Source: Takakia lepidozioides
Lineage: Eukaryota; Plantae; Bryophyta
DNA: 64,000 nucleotides
Reading direction: 5' to 3'
Assembly (NCBI GenBank): GCA_030704615.1
Contig: CM060733.1
Span: forward strand, 72,912,001 to 72,976,000
A program made the translations under genes and the position numbers. Each line of letters begins with the position of its first letter. Positions within the stretch are counted from its first letter, which is position 1. Of the stretch, positions 20,022 to 31,567 are shown one piece after another. Under the pieces are notes generated by a model. It saw only the letters and a list, made by a program, of their open reading frames with translations. It had not been told where the DNA came from and made no database searches.

Positions 20022-23000
20022 GATCCGTGAACACAACAATTTCGATCGAACGAGATGGAAACAACGATCTGACCATACACCTGACGATAACGACCCCGAA
20101 ACACCTTCGAAACGTTTCAAGTCGAAAGATCCAAACAGAACGACAAGTTTGATATGTATAATTTCCACATTGACTACCAAAGCAGGCCACACAAGTTCGG
20201 GAAATGTCACCTTACGAGTTTTGCAGCAAATCGGGCAAGGTGAAAACCCATACTACTACAGATCATGCATGAACATCCGCAAAGTGACACCCACATGTAT
20301 ACGAATCCCAGGGTAACCAAAGTACCGGTAATTACAAGGTTACAAAATATCTTCGAAAAAAAATGATGCGGCAACGTACGCTCACACTATTTGTATTCTG
20401 TTCATGCCATGGAGATCTATCCACGACTTAAAGCCAAGATCACAACAAAGTTGGGAAGACACTTTCGACGAACTAATAATCCAATATGTTCGGAATCAAC
20501 AGAAAAATCATCACAAATATCGACATGCTCCACGAATGCAAAGAATCACAAAATAGACTCCACAGACTGTTACTGAAGAACGAAAATAAAAATCCAGATG
20601 ATGAGAGAATCCAGAAGACATCAACATGACCCCTTATACAATGAGATGCCAGAAGACGAAATGCACGATGACGATGACAACACTATATATATACACATTC
20701 AGCATCGCAACAACATACAGACAGACATAGTCACAAAAGGTCAGAAATTACAAATCGAATATCTCATATGCAATACAAGCGAAAATCAATATGTGAATCA
20801 GTACATTCTTCTTGGCGTGCCTCCTCTGCGGCGCATCTGGTGGAAATCCTCACTGCCACAATGGAGTACATTGTCAGGTCAATTATGCAGCAATGCAGGT
20901 AACAACGAGTTTTTGAAAGGGAAACAGTGGGAAACAGTGGGGCTTGGGGCCGGACAGGCAGGAAATGCTGATGCTTCTGCCGGCCAGATCGAAGAATCCT
21001 CGGAAGTGGGCGTCAGCCTTGTGAGAGGGCCTTCAAGACACGCCATTGCGTTCGAAGTGGCCAACACTTGAAGGAGATGTTCACACCCCGTCTAGTGAGA
21101 CGAAGACTTGACGGAGGCAACCCTGGCGGAGTAATGATTCCTGGCAAGCTACAAGAAATTCGCACGCTCCCTCGTGGTCCCGTAATGTTGCCCGAGGAGG
21201 TCTCGTCGAGCACCACAAGCCCTGCACGTTCAAGATCGCCATCTCCTTTGAGCACGGGGCACGTGCCCGAGGAGACATAACGAGCCATCTGTAGTAACGT
21301 AGTGCAACATACCCATTATGGAGACAAGAGTGTCGGAGTCACAGTGGAGAATTGCAAAGACATTGCTGGCATTTTGAGGGAAGTGCTGTTCCCATCGGGA
21401 TGGATACGAGAGCAACTTTGGTGAGATGATTCGGAGGAACCCACACGGTTGTTGTACCTTCACCTTGTTTCAGCAGCAGATTTTTTACTCCCAGATTTTC
21501 TCACGCCACAACGCAGATGTTTTGGTTCTGTAGGCACGACATAATGACTTGGGGAATGATCCAAACTGCAACAAAAAAATCAAATATAACCCAAATCAAT
21601 AAATGGTTGAAAACATTACGCGAATCCAAAAATTCGCCCACCGGCATTGACGACGACTTGTACGAGTTTGCAAATGCAACTCAGTCATCCAAAAACATTA
21701 ACCTCAATACAAAAATCCAAAATTGAGAGAAAATTCCAAAACCGAATCAATGGATGTCACAGTTGACAACAATTACGATGTAGATCCTGATATCGTTCAT
21801 AATGGAGATCAACATCAAATAGCTAAATATCGTTTCATAGATCCACAAAATCACCATCTCATTCGATGGGAAAAAAACAAACATTAATGTATGTGGGAGG
21901 TGCTGCCGGAACTGGAAAGACAGAAATAATTAAAGCAATCCAAACGTACTTCCTAAAAACCAAGAGACCCCAATACTGAAAATCGGTGCTACACAAGCAA
22001 ACGCCGCAACCTCATAGGAGGATCACCATCCACGCTCGGGTGGGCGACTAAAATCTAAGTCAGGAGGACACTAAGAAGTTCGTCAACACGAATGTCAACG
22101 ACATCACACTAAAGTCCATAAAACGATTCGTCTGGGCAGAATACGCATATTTGGCTGGTGGGGCTCCTTCTCGAATGCACTAACTGATTTCGCCTCCTCC
22201 TATCCACTGTAGTGACATGGTCTGTCAACTTACTGTTCCCTTCGCTGTGCTCTCTAGCTATGTTCATGGAGTCGCCGCTCAACTGTTTCCAAGCGTCATG
22301 ACCAGTTGCGTTCTATCCATGAACTTCACACCCATAGTCACATTCCCCACGAAATAGTACACGATTTTTGTTTCGGCGTGAGAACTATGCGAGCGGATAC
22401 GCCGTGGCTCGTGTCTGTACGACTCAGTTGCTGCTGTAAAACAGCTCAAGAGTATCTGAGGTACATAGACCACGACTCTCTCATGGCGCGGAAATGTAGC
22501 TCTCGCTAAGCACATCCACGTCCTGAAAGTGCTACCACAAAGGGAGCTCGAAGGATGAAAGTGCAAAGATTCAGGTCGAACCATCATCACGCCCCCTCGA
22601 GATTCACACATCACCCATCAATGACAAAAGACACATTGGGGAGACAAATGGCGCTCAGCGTACAAACCGTTAGTTCGATACCAGATGGATATAACGAGTG
22701 TCAATCACACACGGCACATTGAGACATCAGGAACCAACGATCACACACAACAGTCTCAACTCACGCCAACACGCACATTCAACACCACTAACGTGTCACA
22801 CACACTTCTACAAATCGGTCTTCCAGCAACACATGCAGTACTCCAGCAACGTACACGCTACAAGTACAATGAACACCTCTTACACACACTCCATAAAAAA
22901 AGAAAAAAACAAAAAACGTGTTTTCCACATACACAAGTGTAGAATTCCGTACACCAAATAATGCACACACACACAACCTAAACTAAACACCTCCTATGAA

Positions 23001-23650
23001 GTACCACAAACAGACAACTACAAAAAACACCACGCCGCGACGAGTTCCAAGCGAACCGACATAACCGTGCCGGGGTGGAACCACACCACACCGGCTGTCA
23101 TGTTTGAGATTGTACAAAGGAATGACAGTCCTGGCTAACCGAAGAATAGAGGGCTTGTATGTAACAGTCGGACAAATAGGGAAGGATTTCAACAACGACA
23201 TTGGTTGGACGGGAAATAAGTGGAGCACCGGCCAAATCACAAATGAATCGACGGCGGGTATCAGTCAGTCAACACCAACATTGAGCAACATAGATTAGAA
23301 ACTCCCAAAACGTATGCCCATCACACCGCGTTTCAATAACATGCGAGTCACCACACGGAGGATGAACTGAAAAACCAAGATTCAAAAGCAACAGACATCA
23401 ATTGCTCATGATACCCGCCGGCCAATGACTACAAGCCAAGCAAAACTTGCGACAGGAAAAATCGACTTACAAAAACCACCAGAGAACACCCCTTACATCC
23501 ATAGACAATTCACGTCACATGGGCCTACGATTTTAGGACGGTGTCCCTTACAAGAACCTTGCACGCATGCGCCAACACCTTACCTCGAACGCTTACTCCG
23601 CCGAGGAATAGTGATAGGTCGGGAAATTAACCGTCACGAAGACAAGCTGT
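20022..23650 (+). mobile_element. Degenerate Helitron2/Helentron-like RepHel (Pif1-type helicase) relic with internal insertions
   Basis: HEHPQSDTH...KVPV...ILFMPWRSIHDLK...SWEDTF (~20270-20470). Walker A LMYVGGAAGTGKTEIIKAI (~21885-21940). C-terminal LRLYKGMTVL and QLLMIPA...IDLQKPP remnants (~23100-23480). Confidence 0.7.
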
Positions 23651-24399
23651 GTGCGAATCAAAACAGTCGGCCACAGGCGCACAATATTCATGGCTCCACA
23701 AGCCGATTGTAATGTCCCAAAACAAAAATCACACAAGACCACGAACACAGCAAGCACGGTGAATACAAACCTTGCCGCCCAACAAAAGCCGCTCCAACCC
23801 CGACACACAGACAACGTACGGAGAATAAAAATCAGCCACAAATTCTGAAGCCGAACAACACCACACCACACCGATACAATGAATATGAAAACCAAACTTG
23901 CTCATACAGAATTATCTCTCCACACACCGCTCGAAATCAAGAAACGACGAAGACGAAAGTCGAAAAACGACACAAAAAACACCTCACGGATTTCTCGTCG
24001 CACGGTCATTCATATCTCATCTGAGCGGATCTAAAAAAACCAGTGCGGATTAGTTAGCACTTGCGCACTCCATCCCTTACTGCCCGTGCATACCATCTGA
24101 TACCTCGAGCGGAGCGTTAACTTCCAAAAACGGCACAGGTCAAATATATAAACACTAGTATTTAATACTTATCTGTATCATCGATCACCTGTCCTTCCTA
24201 AACGTGTGCATCCTTCCAAGTTCTCCTGAGGGAAATCCTCTACTTGTCTTGATGTCCGTCGTGTCTTAACACGCTTTGTTCTCATTCTCAGACTAGGACT
24301 CTCGGCTCCCCACTCTGTGGTCGTCAATGCTCGCGACAGAAGTAGTTAAACCTGCAGCTTCGAGGAAACATCACCGACATAAGGCCGCACTAGAAATGA

Positions 24400-26567
24400 G
24401 GTGATCGGTGACAGAAGAGTACATGGCTCAGAGCTTACAGACAAGGGCGCAGAAGCTGACAACAGGAACTGTAACACATGGTCTGTTGGAAAAGGAAAAG
24501 CGTAGAAGGCAACTGAGGGGAAGAAAGGAGAGGAGCAGCAGGGACCCAAGGGATGAGGAAGAAGGGCAAAGAGCAGGGACAAGGCGAGAAGACCAGGGAA
24601 GGAAGAAATAAGCAAAGGAGACAAAGCAGGGGAAGCCAGGAGGGCAAGTGGAGAAAGAAGGATGTAACGTACATAACAAATAGAGTTGGAGAGGGCAGTA
24701 CATCAGAGAGAAAGGACTGACAATGAGCGACACTGACAAAAGAGCTACTCACAACTGCTCTAGAGGCCACTGCATTAGAAGTTAAGATCACAGGGAAGAG
24801 ATGTATGAGGGCAGAAGCTGAGATAATAGAGCAAGCGAAACTCTTGTTGATATGAAGAATACAACAGTCGCAATGAGAGTACTTTCAAACAATACAGACA
24901 GTTGAGGCTGACTAGGAGAGGTACATCCTGGAGTGGCAACCAAACAGTCATGGTTAATAGAAATGACTCTCTGTGGCTTGGAAGGAAGCCAATAATCTGG
25001 CTGCTGCCTATGCGGCCCGGTTTGAACCTCATGCGAAGCGCATGGAGGCTTTACAGCAGCAGTTAGATGTGTACAGACTCACGGAGGAGCAGACTCTCAG
25101 GGGTGCTACACAGGACTTGGTGATAACCACCTTATGCAGGTCTGTGAGCACAAGGGCCGGTAGAAGGCAAAGCAACCACGAAAGCTCACCCAGGGCAAAT
25201 GAACGAGCTCAGATTGCAGGTGCAGAACATTGTTGCCACAACTACTATATATAATGTCTATAGTAGGATAGCGGAGCTACAACATGAGATGTGGAAGCCT
25301 GCAGACCCCTGGATGACCTGAGTTCAAATATTGTCAGAGAGTCTTTGTTCCTGAGGAGCAGCTATGGCTACTTATTTACATGCAGGACTCTAATTTTCAG
25401 TCTTCTCGGCAGGAGATGCCAGTGGTAGAAGGGCCAGTGGTACCATACCCCAGCAGATGGCCTTGCATGTAGTGACCCTGTTGTTACTACAGCTACAGCC
25501 AACCACAAGCCTGAGGTATGGGGGGATGCTGCTTTTAACCCACCTAGACTCCTGCTGCACGGGAGTACAGTCGGGCTATGATTATGCCCTTCAACCAAAT
25601 TCCCATGGTGCTGTATTGGCTTGGAAGGAATTAGTCCTCCGCAATCGTTGGCACATTACTACCAGATCATGCGCATTTGGTTGCCGGTGCAACTCGACTA
25701 AGTTTTCTTCCGAACAATCGACCCATTGAGGATCAATCACTTTTCGAGGATGGTTCTGAGAACAGGTACCATGCTGAAGGAATTAATTGCCTTCCAGGTT
25801 GTACATGGGTACATTTATACCAAGACCAAGGAGGTATATATGTATTGTCATGGGCTGTGGATTATACTATGCTGCTTGTTTCTTGCACGTTATCACATTG
25901 ACAGCAGAGGAGGCATCACACGATTTTGAGTTATCCAGTGGGGATCCATTGGGTCTTACCTTCAATGCCACCTCATATGTACTATATGATGCAAAGTTAT
26001 GATGCAGAAGAATTCCCAACTTCGTTCATGTTTAATTCGGCTTGGAACAATTTGACAACACAGAAATTCGGCCTGAGGATATTTTCTTTAAGGGACATGA
26101 AGCCTGGAAATACTACACTGTTCCAAAGTCATGGCATACCTCTCACTATACGGATAGGAGTTCAGGTGTTCACTAATTTTGTCTGCAAGCGCTTACAGCA
26201 AGTTATACAGTTTAAACTTCCAGACATGGTGGGACAACATTGTATGCCCCAGAGAATTCCAGTTAGAGTTCGACCGTTAAAACACCTCAGGGGGGACGAG
26301 GATTCTGATACAACTGTTTCTTCAGCGGACTCTTTTGACATGGCAGAGGACTATGCAATTCAGATGGCAGAGAAGAAGCGACGGGGGTCTCCTATGCCTG
26401 AAAGATTACCTCGATATCAGCCTCCAGAGGGACTGACATATCCAGGTAGTGTTCAATCATCTCCGTCAACCAGTGACAGACCTCGGGCTCGCACACAGAG
26501 TCCTTCACGAGACTCTCAACGTCAGAAGGGTGCTCGCTCACAAAGGTTTGCTAATCCCAAACAGTAA
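24400..26567 (+). pseudogene. Extra 3' ORF of LTR family A (unknown function), degraded
   Basis: Fragments (WGDAAFNPP, MLKELIAFQVVHGYIYTKTKEV, FKLPDMVG...FDMAEDYA...RFANPKQ) end just before the PPT. Homologous to 39898-40897 (-) and 44030-44450 (+). Confidence 0.7.
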
Positions 26568-26584
26568 ACCGTGAGGACACGGCT

Positions 26585-26847
26585 TTTTGAGAGGGGAAGG
26601 GGTAATGTTAGAGGACTGCTTGGGACTTAGACGCTTTTACGGGATCTGTGGGGTACCCTTAATTTTTACACAAACTGAGACCAACAGAAGCCTTAGGGGT
26701 GACAACAATAGGCTTTAGGGGGGAGAGACACAGCCAACACAGCCCGTCACAGCCACACAGCCAGTCACAGCCCGACACAGCCCGACACAACCCAACACAG
26801 TCGCACAACCAATCACAGCCCGACACAGCCCGTCACAGCTCGACACA
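26585..26847 (+). mobile_element. PPT plus truncated 3' LTR (family A)
   Basis: GAGAGGGGAAGGGGTAA, then TGTTAGAGGACTG at 26606, matching the start of LTR 18279-19219. Confidence 0.85.
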
Positions 26848-26877
26848 GTCGCGCGGCTTTTACTCACCCATCCCTTC

Positions 26878-28200
26878 GGGGGTGAAGCCCAACCATATCA
26901 GATTTGTTTGTGTTTGCAATGCGTGTGCAAGCTTGGCAGCCCTGGAAAAGGGCAAAGAGGTGCATGGTTGCATTACCAAAGCTGGAATTGTACCAGATGT
27001 GATTCTGAACAATACCCTCGTAGACATGTATGCCAAATGTGGGAGCATCGAGGATGTGGAGGTAGTGTTCAACAATATGGCTGAACGAGATTTGGTGTCA
27101 TGGAACGCCATGCTTGTAGGATATGCACAGTAGGGGTGCGGGATGGAGGCCTGGGGGAAGGGGTGAAGCCCGACCACATCACGTTTGTGTGCGTTTGCAA
27201 TGCGTGTGCAAGCCTGGCAGCCCTGCAAAAGGGCAAAGAGGTTCATGTGGACATCATCAAAGCTGGAATTGTACCAAATGTCATTCTGGACACTGTCCTG
27301 GTTCACTTGTATGCGAAATGTGACTGCAATGAGGATGCAAAGGGAGTATTTAACAATATGGCTGAATAAAATGTGGTGTCGTGGAATGCGATGATCGCAG
27401 GATATGCCCAGCATGGTTGTCATAGGGAGGTCCTGCAACTATTTGAAGGAATGCAAAAGAAAGGCTTGAAGCCGGACAATATCACCTTTATATGTGTTCT
27501 CTCTGCCTGCAGCCACACTGACGCTACTTCGATTCCTTGAGTGAAGATCATGGTATCAATCTGACAGTAAAGCACTTTGGCTGCATGGTGGACCTTCTTG
27601 GACGTGCAACTGGATGAGGCAGTGGACCTGATTAATAAAATGCCAATCAATCCAGATGTTGTGGTGTGGAAGGCCTTGCTTGGTGCCTGCAGAATCCATG
27701 GCAATGTGGAGATGGCTGAATGTGTGGCAACATCTATCCTCAAGTGGGATGAACAAGATGCCAAGACTTATGTGGTGCTATATCAAACATCCATGCTGCA
27801 GCTGGCAGGTGGGATGATACTGCAAAGGTGAGAAGAATGATGAAGGTCAGAGGGGTTAGAAAGGAGCCAGATGACAAGTTGCATCCCATAATTAAGGAAA
27901 TCCATGCTAAACTGAGAAGATTGTCTGGGCAAATGAAGGAGGCGGGGTATGTGCCTGACACACGCTTTTTATTGCATGATGTGGAGGAAAAGAATTTTCT
28001 CTTAGCCACCACAGTGAGAAGCTGGCCATTGGTTTTGGGCTGATCGGCACGACTCATCAAGAATCTTCGAGTGTGTGGAGACTGCCACAGCTCCACCAAA
28101 TTCATCTCAAAGATTGTTGCCCGAGCAATTGTTGTATGGGATGCTAACTACTTTCCACCACTTTGAAGATGGGATTTGTTCTTGTGGTGATTACTGGTGA
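26878..28200 (+). pseudogene. PLS-class PPR-E-DYW RNA-editing factor pseudogene (5'-truncated)
   Basis: GVKPDHITFVCVCNACAS, LVDMYAKCGS, VSWNAM; E domain VVWKALLGACRIHGN; [24 protein letters not shown] ending at 28200. Several stops, frameshifts and deletions. Confidence 0.93.
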
Positions 28201-28903
28201 AAGGATGTTTTCTTGGAAAGATGCTAGTGTCTTGCTTCATTCATTGATCTGTATAGCTACTCAGACCATCCACCATTTCCTGATAGCGGGGTTTACCCGG
28301 CATACGTAGGAAGTCAGCCCACAATTGCACTTGACTGAAGGGGTGATTTGTGACTGATTCTGATGACAGTGGATGGAAATCAGAGTGCTGTCCTAATTCT
28401 AGGTTTGGGTGGTGGAGCTTCTCCAAAGCTTGAAGATGGAAGAGAATACGAATTTTAATGAGCTTGATGAGAGGGGCAGCCCTGTGCACAAGTTTGTACA
28501 GCATCTTAAATTTGGACATGTTTGTTTGTTTCTCGTGGTGTGGCTTTGGATGGAGCCCTTGATGAACTCACATGAATATTGTCAAAAGCTAGCATTAACC
28601 TACCAAGATCCAATCCCACGGTGGATGCTTGAAAGTTCATATAGTGAATGGAAAGGTATTTGGGTATGTTGATATTGATTGATGCGACTTGTAAAAATTG
28701 AACATTGAAATGCAGATCCACCATTTTTCTTCCAAAAAAAAACAAAACATGGGATCTCAGCATGTAACAGAGTGGGGATGACCCACCCTTTTTTTTGTGA
28801 AAAATTGATCGTAGTTCTCAGAATTCGTCGCTAGTAGTGCGGAGCAACGCGAAGCCCTAGTGACTTTAAATACAAAACATGACACGGTCTGCATGAAATA
28901 ACA

Positions 28904-28970
28904 TGGGTAGTGTAGTGGTTAGGAGTAGTCTTTGTGGCCCCATGAGGCAGGGGTCAAATTCCTTTTCCCG
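28904..28970 (+). repeat. tRNA-like head (SINE or tRNA relic)
   Basis: A-box-like GTAGTGTAGTGGTTA and B-box-like GGTCAAATTCC; no intact cloverleaf. Confidence 0.35.
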
Positions 28971-30589
28971 CTCTCCCCCTCACAGCTATTACTTTGTTTT
29001 TTTGTTTTTTTTTTTAAATCTCTCTACTACATCCACACACCGTGTTTTCTAGTTTCTACCTGTGTGTGCCTTATCTTGAATTTGGCATTCACTGGAGCTA
29101 TAGGCAATGGCAAGAGAGAGGCTCGAATTCCCACCACACTTTTTCGTGAAGTACACACTTGCAAATATACATATAAGCCCCCCCACCTCCCCTTCCTGCT
29201 CCCTCTCTCTCTCTAGAGAAACTGAGATTGAGGGTGACTGAGCGGGATAGGCACATGGAAACCAAGAGACTGAGAGGCTGAAACAAATATGCAGAAAAGA
29301 GACCCTACCACACCACTCTGGTTGTACCCATATTCACCCTATTCCCAACAACTGAATCGTGATCCCCATCAGCCATTCATGAATAGCAGCCTTGTCTTCA
29401 ATCGAATGGCTTTATACTAATGAAACATCACAATCTACTGTCCGTATATGGCGAACCCCCACATCTGAAGCCATACCCAAATATGACACCGAAGCAGGAC
29501 TATAGGTTAGTTTTCCCACTATCTACTCATGGTTTAAAACTGAAAACAAATGCAGTAAGCAAGAATTTGATAAGGACATGAGCTGCCGCTGCTCATAGAC
29601 AACGATCATTCATCACTCAAATACCAATTGCTACCTATGATAGCTTTCCTGAGCTAGAGCTCGAGTCAGCCGTGTAATCTCCCAAATCCCAATGCCAAAA
29701 CCATGCAGCCAGTGCCCTAATGTCAACTGGAAATTAGTTTCACCATCTTGGCTCGTAATCAATCACTACAGGCTGCCGCAGCAACTAAGTATCAAGGATG
29801 AAAAGAACAGCTGCCTCACTAGATGGAAACCCATCTTCAAGGAATCAAAACATAACCCATGGATCAGTCTCCCTTGCTTCAGTTCATAGTTAATTGCTGC
29901 AGACCAACCAGCCCATCTACCGAGAGTATAGCCGCACCAAGGATGATTGACCTAAAGTGGAGATGCCAAATTAGTGACTACGATAATACCCATGGAATCG
30001 ACCAGACATCAGCCACAAGTTGCAGCACTTAGACCTGAATGCCCATCATCATCAGTTACCCCAAACAACCACCTTCATCTTCCTTCAATAACAATTACCA
30101 TCTCAGGTTCACACCGCTCCATGGAGCCTCCTTCTCACCATCAAATCGACTACGTCCTCCGAACCTCTCTCTCAACTATCTTATCTTCCACTACAATGCC
30201 AAAGAAAAAAAGTCTAGATTGCCTGAAGCACCAGGCTTAAATCCTATTCAACATCTACCCTGCTGCCGCCAATGTTTCCCGCCATGCCTGGGATTCTTCG
30301 CCTCCATATCTAGAAAGCTGCAGAAGCTGCGAAGAATCAAACTTATCTCATAACTCAGCCGAAACTACATAAAAGCTACGAGCTGCCAGGCATCAATTGC
30401 GTACCAGTCCATTGCTTACATCATACCTGGATTTTGTTGCATGTCACCCCAGTCCCCCTTTCCAATAAGACAGGCCCTGCAGCAAATGATGACCTGAGAA
30501 GCAAAGCTGCTTGTTGGTACAATTGTGTGAACCAACAATGCAGCTGCACCCAAGTGGGACCTAGTGCGTCTGCTATGTCGAGGCCCATC

Positions 30590-31045
30590 TAAGCCCAAGT
30601 GCAATCTTCTATTTACGTATCCAAGTGCATCTCCCATGTAGAGGCCCAAGTGTCCACTGTCATGTAACTTGCCCATGTGCAATATCCTATGTATCCAAGT
30701 GCGTCTCCCATGTCAAGGCTCAATTTATTTTTTTCCATTAATTTATTGAGTAGTAATATATCCATTCATTATTGATATATCTCCTGTCGAGGCTCCCTAG
30801 GTAAGCCCACTTTGCTATTTTTTACGAATTTCCAACGACCAAAAGCACTTGAAATGCCACATCTCTCACACTGTAGGTCCAAAAATCATGAGACCAAGCC
30901 GGTGCACCCCTCCTCCTCGAGGGCTTTCCAACGGTACCAAGCACCAGGGCTGGGGCCTTGCGGTTTAGGACATCTCAACGCTACAAAACAAAACAAAACA
31001 AAACAAAACAAAAAAAACAAACTGCTTCCTTCATATATTGATAAG
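30590..31045. repeat. Interspersed repeat family, copy 1
   Basis: GCCCACTTTGCTATTTTT...AATTTCCA.CGACCAAAAG.ACTTGAAAT.CCACATCTC and GGCCCAAGTGTCCA.TGTCAT are shared with 61915-62280. Confidence 0.7.
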
Positions 31046-31134
31046 ATAAAGTTTCTTTACCGTCCGGTGAATTTACAGAGCCTATTGCTCAACACACATG
31101 CCATCAAGGGCCCAATGGATGGTTTGAAGACACA

Positions 31135-31213
31135 TGTTGAAGGATTGAACCCAGGATCACCCAGGTTATGCACAAGCAAGGCACAAACACCCAACCACTG
31201 GGCTACCTGCTCA
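31135..31213 (-). repeat. tRNA-derived SINE-like head
   Basis: GTAGCCCAGTGGTTG A box and GGGTTCAATCC B box; related copy at ~61490-61550 (+). Confidence 0.55.
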
Positions 31214-31567
31214 AGTGCAATAGCATTGTAACTGGGTAGACAGAGCATCTCATGTAGGTAAGCTCCTAGGGAAGAAAGATTTGTTGGCCTAATGACAACA
31301 GGCTTCGGGTCACAAATCTCAGCGCAGTTAAGAGGCAACAATGAGCAACGAACTAGACTCTTAGGTGCAGAAATTTTGATCCAAACAACAGCTGTAAACT
31401 TCACATATGTGGGTATGCTGTGATTTGGTCCAACAAAGTACAATCACCTTTGAGGTCTCTCCATCGACCATCATATAGATAATCATATTAAACAAAATTT
31501 AACCCTTTCCTTCCAAAGACTACCAAAGTTGTATACCGGGTCATGTTGGATGAGTAAAGCAAAATCC

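Noticed and set aside
19271-20316. Long ORFs across the gap
   Set aside because: Artefacts of translating N.
28825-28861. Helitron end (GCGGAGCAACGCGAAGCCCTAG|T)
   Set aside because: Suggestive CTAG-T with only a weak hairpin; cannot be tied to an element.
28904-28970. Functional tRNA gene
   Set aside because: Acceptor and T stems do not pair; at most a SINE-like relic.
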